In this document: piece by piece, positions 22,801 through 34,800 of the stretch
Layout: the number at the start of each line of letters is the position of its first letter
Numbering within the stretch: the stretch's first letter is position 1
NCBI GenBank assembly: GCA_045650745.1
Contig: JAZRRN010000043.1
Coordinates: 5,901-69,900, forward strand
Origin: Candidatus Caccovivens sp.
Lineage (GTDB): Bacteria > Bacillota > Clostridia > Christensenellales > UBA1242
Direction of reading: 5' to 3'
Length of the DNA: 64,000 nt
Program-made: the position numbers and the translations under genes
The notes under the pieces: model-generated
What the model saw: only the letters and a program-made list of their open reading frames with translations
Databases searched by the model: none
Told to the model about the DNA's origin: nothing

Positions 22801-25800
22801 CTACTGAGTTTGATGCAGCTGGATTGTTTATAGGAAGCGCACTTTTTGATGAAAATGGCAGATATATCCTTGAAGATCCAGAAACAGGACTTCCTGCAGA
22901 CATGGTTTATTTGATGCCAGAGTGGGGTTCAGGGATTTACACAATCCACATTTACACAAATGGTGCAGACACAGTAAACGGCATTGCTGTTTCTGGTGAC
23001 AAAAAAGAAAATTATTTGGAATACAAGATCAACTACAACAAAACTTTTGCACAAATGTTTGTTGGTTCAAACGAGTTGGATTATGTTGACTTGTCAAGCA
23101 TCGTGCTTACAAGAAAAGGTTTCCACTTCTTGAATTTCAGCATCAAAGATGGAAATTACATTGCAGAAATTACAAAAGATCAGATTTTTGATGAATTTAT
23201 CAGAGGGGTAAGTCTGACCAGAACCCCAGCGCTGACAATTTATGCACAATGGTCTTTTGATTCCGAATCATTGCAACTTGAATTGAACAACTCTTACTTG
23301 CCATCGTTGACATACAACGGACAAAATCAAACTGTTTATTTGGCAGATTATTTCTACGAAGGAAATTATACAGCTGTAGGTTTCAACATTGACACAGGCG
23401 CAAATGTTTTGGACATTGCTTTGAAAGATGCAAACCTTACTTCTTTGACAATAAGATTTGAATCGTTGAATGCGACAAAAGATCAAGGTCAAATGTCGTT
23501 TAGCGTCAAAGATTGTTTGACAGCAGGTGCTTACACAGCAACATTGTATTTGTCGGTAGATGACGAAGCAAAATATCTAGGTCTTGGCACAATTTGGAGT
23601 GCTGTGCTCAACTTCAACATTATTGTTGATGCAGCACAAGTCGAAATTGATGACTCTGTGACAAGCGAAGAAGTTTATGTTTCAAACATTAAACGAATCC
23701 TTTCGCCATACATCACAGCAGCACAAAAGAGCAACCTTGACACAAGAGTTTCGCTTGCAACAACTGCGGCGTTTGTGAGAGGGTTGGAAAGTGGCTTAGA
23801 TGCGCTTTCTGACATTCAAGTATACGAATACACAATGGTTAAGTATTACTTCATTTCAATCACAAATGATTCGTCAATTTTGGTTTACAAAAATTGGACA
23901 TATCAAGATTATTTGGATATGCGCACAAGCAACGCAGAGTTGGCTGATGCAATCATAAACCAAATGAAATACTTTGACTTCTATCAATATGCAAACAACT
24001 CAGGCAAGCAAGAAATTGCAAGTTACAGATCGTTGACATTGACATCTCCAACGGTTGCAAATGTTTCTTCTGATTTGGAGGTTGTTTCGCTTGAAATCAA
24101 CTCTTACCAAATTCTCGCACAAACATTCTATACTGCAAGAGTTTATTTGAGATCTATCGGACTTGGAAGTGGCGTCACAAACTACAATTTGAGTTATGAC
24201 GAATCTGCAAACAAATATTATATTGAAGGATTGGAAATCTTCATTCTTCCACAAGTTTTGATTGTGGAAAACAGACAGGCAGAAAAATCTTCATATTACA
24301 ATGCTTATTCTACCCCAGAAATTGAATGGCAAGGAAGCAGAGAGTATGTTGATTTTGAAGGTCAACTTCACTATTTGATTGAAGGAAACATCTATGTTGC
24401 AGCAACATTGACAACTTCAACAGTTGGAAGCAAAGATGGTGACACTCAATTCAGTTTTGTTGATCCAACAAACTATTTGTATTTTGTTGAAACTTCAATT
24501 GTGAGAAAGGTTGGCGAAGAGTTGACAGAATCTTTGACAGACTTCAAACTTGTCATGGCAGAAAGTGACATTTACACAATTTTGAATGTAAACGGAATTG
24601 TTGATGTCATTATTGATGCAAGATATTTGACAAGAAACGAAGGTTTGCTTTCATTTGAACAAGTTGATGGATCTTTGGCAACAAGCCTTTTGAAGATTGT
24701 TGCAGTGACTTACACACAAAGTGGAAAAGAAACAACAATCAGCGACGAAAATGGTCTTGCAGAAAGAGCATACAGCGATGGTGGTGCTTACTTTGAAATT
24801 TACACCAACAACGAAAACATGGTCTATGCGAGAATCAACCCTGCCGTAACATCAATCAGCGTGATTGCGACAGAAACAAACCTTACCGAATATATTTCGC
24901 TTTACAAGTGGTCTCAATATGCCGAATTTACTGTAGATGGAACAATGGTGACTGATGGCGCTTACACCATCAATCGCTCTGATATTGAAATCTCAGAAGA
25001 CAGTTTGACAGAGGTTACTTACTATGCGATTTACACTGACTTGGTAAAAGCAGTTTACAACTATGGATTCCCAGAAGGATTTGGGTTGGACACAACTGCC
25101 GAAAGCGTGTTGAGATTGGGTGTTTCAACAGCTGCAGATGTGATGCAACCATCAGTTGCAGGTTTCCAACTTATGGAACTTCAAGCAGAAAGACTTGATG
25201 GTTCTAGAGTAAATTATGCAAACATCTTTACTGGAGCAATCGGCGCAGGTGGTGGCAAAACATTTGTTGGTTTGTCATCAAGTGCAAAATTTGTTACCGT
25301 AAACTTCTACGCTTTGTGGAAAGCAGAAGAAATGCAGACATATCAAATCTTGACAACAAAGAAATATCCTGTAGAACAATTCCTCGGATTAAATCAAGAA
25401 GAAGTTGTTGGATTTGACAACAAAAACCCATTGATTTTTACCTACACTTACAAATGGTTGTTTGAAGGAGAACTTGTCAAAGAAGGGGAAGTGTTGCAGC
25501 TTGCTGGCAACGGAACCTTCAACCAAACAGGAAATTATAGTTTGGTTGTCACTTGCTCAATCATTGAAGAGTTTAAGCAAGCGTTGTATGATCCAGGCAC
25601 TGGTGGCACAACAACCGAGACAATCAACTTCTATTTGGAATTTGTTAGAAACAAAATCATCTCAATTCAATTCCCAGACGAATCTACATCAGTTTATGAT
25701 GGAAGGGACCAAGCAAACCAATGGGGGATTGAAATAACATTTACACAATACAACAATTCAACAGACGACTATCAAATCGCTTATTCAACTGCGACATTGT

Positions 25801-28800
25801 ATAACTCAACAGTTGGATCGTTGTATACACAAATGTATTTCAATGGGGGTTCTGACCCTGTTGAAGAAATGAAAAATGCTGGCTACTATATTGTTGAAGT
25901 ATGTTACAGTCCGGCAGCTTACATTTTGGAAGACGGACTTACTCAAACTTCATTTGTCTACACAATCACTCCATTTGTGGCAGACATCGAAACTCTCAAT
26001 GTTGGATTTACAAAGAAGTTTAACACTGCAGATCCAGTTTTGGAAGTTGACACAATTTTCACAGCCGAAATGGTTACTTTGCAATTCTCAAGAGTTTTGG
26101 GCGAAGATGTTGGCATTTACAACATTTATTTCGAAGACATTGCTCAAGAATACAAAGGAAACTATATTTTCAAAATGGGCAGCACAACTCTTTTTGAAAA
26201 CGGAGTCAAAACTGTAGATTGTCAAACAACTGCAGTTGGACAATTTGAAATTCAAAAAACCGGCGCTTTGAAGTTTGCATACGAAACTTCAGCCGTAAAC
26301 CCTGCTCACATTGTGAGAGGTTACAGCAACAAAGGTTACACATTTACAATCAACTCTGATTTTGTGATGCAAATTTTGAGTGATGGCAATGTTTTGCATA
26401 CATTCAACTTGAAACTCTATGATGTTTCAACAAACCTTGAAATCACATCACTTGAAATTAAAAACCTTATCCGTGCACAAATGGGTGATGTTTCACCAAA
26501 ATTCTATTCAACAGAATTGTTGGACATTGTTTATGAAAGTGCGGTTTATACTTATCGCTTTGAAATCGGCGAGCAAATGAGTCGCTATTTTGCGAGTGTC
26601 GAATTTGACCAAAACTATGCATTTGAAGTTGGACAAATTCAGATTGATGTTTCGGCGATCGACTTCAACAAAGTGTATGATGCAAAAACAACAGCAACAT
26701 TTGACCAACTCGGCAATGCAGTTGATCTTGACGAATATGTTGGTATGTATATCTTGGCAACTTATGCCACATCACACGCTGGCGACAACATCAAGGTTGA
26801 CCTTTCACTCAACAACAATGACCCTACGACAAACCTTGGCAACTACGCTCTTGCTGCAACAAGCACAACAGCAACAATCTTGAAGCGTAGCGCAACTCTT
26901 ACAGTTTCTATGACAAGTGCAAACTATGTTTATGGAGACATTTCTTTGAGAAACATTGTTGACAAAGTTGCAAGCATCGAAGTTTTTGACACTGACGGAA
27001 ACGATGTGCGTTCGTGGTTGATTGATGGATATTACACAATCAGATACGGACTTGTTGACACTGTTCAAGTCAACGGAAGTGGTTATGTTTACAAAGGCAA
27101 CTACACTTTGCAAATCACTTCGACATTTGATGATTTCAACATGACTGTGGTTGCCCCAAGCTTTACAATTGATGCTTTGGACATTGAGTTGACACTTGGC
27201 GAGGGATATATCTCTGTCACAGCTGTTGAAAAAATCAAAGCTGCTTATGAAGATGTATATTCGGTTGGTTCGACTGGTGACTTCCTTGACATCTCTTACA
27301 GAGTTGTCGGACAAACAGTTGGTGCAAACGCACAAGTTGGTTTGTGGGATTTGGCACTCAACCAATCATCATTCTTGGAAGGAAGCGTTGTGCTTTTACT
27401 TCCTGCAGGAAACGAAGCGTTTGAAGTTATCTTGGCAACAAACATTTTGTATTTGAGACTTGATCCAGCACAAACAAGTTTGTTGACAAAACAATACATT
27501 TCAAGCAATTATGCTCTTTCTGCCGATGGCGCAAACAAACAATTGTTGATCACAAGCGTTGTGACACAAACAATCGACATGAAGTTCTTTACGCTTGAAG
27601 ATGAAAACGAAGTTGCAATCAACAGTGCCGATGTTTCATTTGACAGCATCGAAATCACAGCAACAGGTGGAGTGTTCTCATTCCAAAACGCTGGATCATA
27701 TCGTTTGGTTTTGAAGGCAGAAGCAAGTGGCTATGAAACAGTTGTTTTTGATCAAGAATATTACTTCATTATCGAAAAGCAAATGATCAATGTAGACAAC
27801 TTGACTCTTGAAAAAGAATATTCTGGAGATTCAGTTGGCATCATTGAAAACTTTGCAGAAAAATTGGGAAGCGACAATGTTTCAATTTTGACAAGATACA
27901 AAACTGCCGAAGTTGGCGACAACATTGAAGTTTCAATCTTCTTGCAAGGTGCCCAAGCACCAAACTATCAATTGTCTGCCGAAAAAGCGTTTGGAAAAAT
28001 CACAAAAGCAAATGCAGTGCTTTCACTTACACAAACCTCTTTGGTTTATGGTATGATCAACTCTAGCAATTTGTTTGGACACCAATTGCTGGTAAATGGA
28101 AATGTGGTGCCAACATCACAATACACAATTGCATTTACAGTAGTTGACGGAAGATACAGCGATTTTGGATATTTGAATGTTGGATCATACAACATTGAAG
28201 CAACAATTGTTTCAAATTCTTATCAAATCACTTATGTCCCAACTTTGGTGCAAATCACACCTTATGAGTTGGATATCGAATTCTTGACAAATGGTTTGGC
28301 GACATACAGTTATGGTGCGCCAGAAACTTTGACTGATGAATTTGCATTTGAATATCAAACACAGTTGTTTGAAGATATCACACTTATCTTGACAAGAGAA
28401 AGTGGATTTGCTGTTGGAAACTATCGTGTGATTGATGGCAGACTTGATGGTGCTGAAACAAACTACACTCTTTTGAGTTTGGTGGACAACAGCAGCGAGG
28501 GTATGTTTAGAATTTTGAAAGCGATCGAAACGGTTTATTTGTTGCTTTCAAATGACGAAACTGTGACACTTGGTGGCACAACTGCAACAATCGAATATGA
28601 CGGCTATGCTTATGACAGTGTTGTTGTTGAAGAAAGAAGTGCTGGTTTCTATAAACTTGTTATCTACAATTCTAGAAACAAGGGTGTCAAGAGAGAGTTT
28701 GAGTTGAATGCATATTCACTTTCAAACGGAACTTACACAAAAATTGCTGGACAAATCGAAAACTTGACAGCACAAGTGCAATTCTTGAATGCGTCAAATG

Positions 28801-31800
28801 TTAAAAACATTGGCACTTACGAAATTTTTGCTGGCGACATCACAGCAAACAACTACAATGTCATGCTTGGACAAAACGGCGCTCAATATGCTTACTTCTT
28901 TAGAATTTTGGCCAAGAAACTTTATTTCAAACAAACTGTTGTTTCAAAAGTGTTTGACAACAAGAGTGCATTGTTTGTTTACGAAAATGCTGCTGACATG
29001 TTGGACGGTGTTGTTGAAGGTGAAAACATCGTGCTTACAATCCGTTTGCTTGATGCAGGTGGAATGATTGTCAAATATGCAGGATTTGACTATACAGTCG
29101 ATGCAACAATTGCTGGTGACACAATAGGCAACTATGACTTTACAAGAAAAACAACATTAGATGGCACACCAATCACCGGACGCATTGAAAGAGCCGAAAT
29201 CTTTATCGTGCTCAACACTCAAAAATTTAAGTATGGTGATGACATTGATTTGAAATATTCTTATCGCACTGATGTGGATTTGACAGGGTATGACATGACA
29301 AGAATGTCAATTTCTGTAAGCCCATCAGCAGATGCAGCAAACTATTCTTCAACAGGTTGTTTGAATGCAGGCGAATATGCTGCAGTGGTAACATATTCGT
29401 TTGAAGATTTCTTCTGCGACAAGTTTATTGTGGACAATGCCGAACAGCCATCAACAACAGGATCTTCATTTGTGGTTGAAAAGGTAGAACTCACTTTGGT
29501 AACAATGTCAAACTTGAGTTTCCAAGAAATCTTTACAAAAACTTATGACGAAACTGTAGATGTGCAACTTGTCAGAGACGGCACAGAAGTGCTTGGCATC
29601 ACAGGCATTGTCACAAAGGGTGGCGTTTATGATGATGTAGCGATTGTTTCTGCAACTTATGCAAGAGAAACAATTGGCGAAGGAATTGTGGTGACAATCA
29701 ACATTGATGGTGCTGACAGTCAAAACTACACAATTGCCACATGGAATCATGGTGTTATCAACCCTGTGATTGTGTTTATCGAATTTGATGACAACACAGA
29801 AGAAGAAACAAGATCTGATGTCATCATCAATGGTTTGGTTGAAATTTCAGAATTGGCATATCCATTTGTTTCTGCTTCAAATGTTACATCAAACTCTGCA
29901 AACACACAAACAAGCACAAACAAAAACTTCCCAACAATGCTTACTGGCAAAACGGGACATTCATTCTCTCACTGGGTGATGATTTTCAGCAACATTGCCA
30001 CTGAAACAGAAGAGTATACATTCTTGCAAAGTTTGATTTCAAACTATGCAATGACTGCAACTTACAACAGTGGTCAACTTTCAGTTATCGTTGCAAACGA
30101 TGCAAAAACTGCAAACTTCTTGAATGCATTGCTTAGAGATGAAGAAGACACATTAAACAAATATTATTACAAAAATCACGAAGACATCACAATCACATTT
30201 ACAGCTGTATGGGGCGTAAACAAATTCAATATCAACATCACAATTGCTGATGAAAACGGAAGAAATGCCCAATATGGCTCTGTTGAAATTGATGATAGAG
30301 ATGCTTCGACAGAAAACAGATTTGTTACAACAACATATCGTCAACAAGTCGAATATGGAAAAGGTGTAACATTTATTGCAACAGCAAACGCACACAGCAA
30401 ATTCTTTGGTTTCTATAGAGATTCGGCAAATGCTTATGAAGCAGATGGTTCAACAATCCTTATCAATGGAAACATTATTGGATTTGAAAGTGTGACAAGA
30501 GAATACAACCTGATTGTAAGATTTAGATCTCAAAAAATCACACTCGAACTTGATTTGACCGAACATCCAGAAGCGGCCATTGTTGCAGGCAACTTCAACT
30601 TGGTTGAAACAGGAAGATATCAACTTACACTCAGTTATTTTGAAATTGAAGAAAGAAAGATGGATTTCTTGCCATCAATCGACAGAGTTGGTTACGAAAC
30701 CATCGCACTCAAAGTTGGTGCAACTCAAATTGCAAAAGAAATGTATTCTCAAACTTTGATTTCATCATTTGTGGAATCAGAATTTGATGACGAAATAATT
30801 TCGTTTATCCCAGTTTACACATCAATTGGTTTGGTTGTCATTTTGGATTATGGCTATGATGGCATCACAAAAACGATTGCAGTTTCTTATGATGCACCAT
30901 ATCAAGATGCAGAAGGTTGGGACGAAGCTCCTTCAAGATACGGATATCAATTTGTTGGCTGGTTTGATCACAACTCAAACAAGATTGTTGGCACAAGCAT
31001 TGTGTCTTACACACAAGAGCACACACTCACAGCACAATGGGATATCAACAAATCCACAATTTTGTTTACAGTTTTGAATGGCAGAATTGAAAATTCAACT
31101 CTTGAATTTACAAAAGGTGGCAACTTGTATATTGCAAACGATGTTGAATATTTGAAAGAAATTTCATTTAAACTCGTTGCAAATCAAGGATATGTGTTTG
31201 AAGCAGTTTGGGCTCCAGAATTTACAACCACAACAAACGCAGATGGATCACTTCAAGTTGTGTTTGTCATGACAGCAAATGACTATGTCTACACATTGCC
31301 AATTGTTGCCAGAATAAACCGTGTTGTGACAAAGGGCGCATTTGTTGAAGGTGTTACAGCATTTGACATCACAATTGACGAAGTGTCAATCACTGTGGTT
31401 GATGGTGCATTTGACATCGAAACAGGCAAAACAGTCAAACTTGTTGTGACTGCAAGCCGTGGATATCAAATGACAGACAATGTCGAGTTTGACAGCTCAT
31501 TAGGTTTGTTGGTTGACAAGACATTGAGCAACGGCACACTCATTATGCAACTTGCTGGCATCTTCCAAGACTTGGAAATCACTTTTGAAGCAGAAGAGCA
31601 AATCAACCGTATTACGATTGAATTTGAAGACATCACAAAAGTGGAAAGAGTTATGGTTGGCGATCTTACTTATGCAGACCCAACACAAGTTGATGTTGTT
31701 GAAATTGAAACAGCTCAAATTTTAAAATTGGGCATTGTTTACAAACATGGTTACACTTATGGTTTCAACGAAACAAACGAGTTTGAAACAAGAGCAAGAG

Positions 31801-34800
31801 AAGTTTCTTCAAATCAATGTGAAATCATTGTTTCTGAAATTTATTCAAGTGGAAACATCAAAATTTATCATGCTCGTGCCAAGTTTACAGTTACAATCGA
31901 AGTTTTGTCATACAACCAAGACAAAGAACTTGTAAACGAACCTGGCAACATTGCGTTGGCAGATGGCGAAAATCCACTTCAAGTTGAATATTTGTCAACA
32001 ATCTCATTGACATACGAATCAGCAACCTTGTATAGCTTTGCTGGTTGGAGTGAAGATGGCGAAAGTGTGTTTGGTTCGGCAAACGGACAAAGATACACAG
32101 TGACAGACAATGTCAGACTTTATGCAATCTTCTCAACAATGAAGTTCTATGTGACTTTTGAAACATACAACTACTATCAAATCTACACAGAATACAACGA
32201 CCCAACAAAAACAGAAGATGTTTTTGAAGAAGTTGAAAGCAAATATTATGATGAAGAAACTTCAGAAGAAATCACTTCTGCCGAAATCTATTATGGTGCA
32301 AGCAAAAACATTTTGCTTGAAGTGAAAGAGGGATACAAATATGCAGGTTATGGTTTCTGGAAAGATGGCGAATTTGTCTTCTTGACAAAAACTTCTGTCA
32401 CAGACCAACTTGCAACTGTTTCTTTGATGAGCTCATTGTTTGATGAAGATGTGCAAGAGTTTACTTTGTATTTGTTGATTGAAGCGTATGGCTCTTCGTT
32501 TAACTTTATCACAGAAATCAACATTGACGGCATCAGAGAAAACAACATCAACACAGCATACATCAACCTTTCAAATGAAAAGGGTGAAGATGTAAACAGA
32601 TTTGGTTATGTTGATGGAACAAGAATTCACTACAGCGAAGAAGATTTTGTTGATGAAGAACTTTTGGACAACAAGAAATTTTCTGTTATCGCATACACAG
32701 GCAACGAAGTTTACATCAAACTTGTGATCGAAAAAGAAGGTTATGTGTTTGACAAAATTGTTTCAAGCAGAGATGACATCGCATTTGATGTTTACGAACG
32801 CACAGACGACTACATTATGTTTGTGTTCAACGAATTTATCGGTGGCGAAGATTTTGATTTTGAAATTTTGATCAAACCTGTTCTCAACACAATCAATTTG
32901 GCATTCTTAAACAACGATGTCAGAGTTGATGGTGGTGCATTTGACATTAGCCTTGATGAAAACAATGCATACAAAGTTTGGACTTCAGGAAATCAAATGA
33001 CTTACACACAAGTTTCTGCTTACACAGACAGCAGATTTGTTGTGTATGCTTACATCAGAGCTGGCTATTATTGGAAAAATGATGGCACAGGCATTGTTGA
33101 TGAAAGTGGTTTGATTGTTGAAGGATCACTCGAATATGAAGATTTGGTTATCGAGCAATCTGGCTATACAGGCCGAATCAAATTTGAAGTTGCTGACTAC
33201 ATCAAAGAAAACACAATCAGCATTTTGGTGTTTACATCATTGTATTCCGTAAGATTGGTTGAAGATGGACAAACACTTGCAATCATCAAAGATGTTACAT
33301 TTGGATCAACACTCAATCTTTCTGAAGAAAACACAACAAACATCACCATTGTTGATGATCGTCTTGGATTTATGGGTGGACAACTCAGGTTTGATGCAAT
33401 GAAGAGAGAAAACCACAGTTTTGAAGGTTTCTTCACATACGAAAATGGTGCTGGCGTAAGATATATCAACGCAAATGGCGAAGCAATCAACAGCTGGGCA
33501 GAAAGTGGATATATTTTGGACACAATCACTTCTCTTTACAAACTTAGCACACACGCAAAGGTTGTAAACGAAGAGACCGGAGAAATTGAAATCACACTTT
33601 ATTTGTATTGGGCATATTTGAAGACAAGAATCGAATTTAACTTTGTTCCTGAAATCGACACAAAATACACTGCAAAAGATATGATTTCGGGTGTTGATTT
33701 CTCAAATTCTTGGTTCTACGAAACATCGCCACATTACATCGAAGTTTCATTCAATACTCCAATCGTTATCTCTGCGCCAGAGTTTGAAGGATACAAATTC
33801 TATGCATTTGTTCTTTCACAACGCAATCACGCAGGGGTATGGTTGCAAGATGTTATGATTTACACACCACAAACTCCATGGTCAACAAACGATGTTGACA
33901 GAATTGTAGAGTGTCAAATCAAGATCATTTACTATGCACATGTCAATGTTTTGGTTTCTGGTGGCGAAGCAAACTTCAAAATCACACAAGACAATGCAGA
34001 TGCACAATCAAAAGCATTGTTGCTTGAAAACTATGTTGACACCGAAAAGACATTTACAATCGAAGCTCTTCCAATTGGAGGATACACATTTGAATCTTGG
34101 TCTGTTTTGCATGAAGACGAAGACATTGAAGATGAAACAATCACATTGCAAATTGACAAAGAGGCAACACTTGTTATCAACCTTTCAGGAAGACCTGCGA
34201 CTCTTTGGTTCAACGAATATTCAACTCAATTTGGTCAAATTGTTCAAGTTGCGGCATATTCACTCAACTTGTCAAAAGCGACTTATGAAATGGGTTATTA
34301 TTCAAACGGAACATTTGAAAAGACAATCACACAAGTTTTGGTAAATGTTGGTGACACTGTAGAATTTAAGGTCAAAGTTGATAGTGGTTTTGCCGTTTAT
34401 TGGAATAGGGCTGAAATCACATTTGGAAGATATGACAAAGGTTTCTATTATTTTGAAATGAAGGTCGGCACATCAATGGCAGATCAAATTATGGAAATCA
34501 TTCCAACCTTTGACAACACAATTGTTTCACTTTATGTTTCAAGCTCGTTTGACCCAATCGACATTGTCGACAAGACTTTGGATCAAAACAATATTGCTGC
34601 TGCCGGAAGCATCAAGCACAATGGCAGAGCAACAAGAGTTGTTGTGATTGAAACAGGCAAAGAAATTTTGCTTGAAACAGCAACAACAAAGAGATACGAA
34701 ATTGTTTCGATAACAATTGAAAATTATGGCAGATCTTTTGGGGATATGTATGAGTTCTATGATGATGACACAAACACAATCCTCTTGACTCCAGAATATT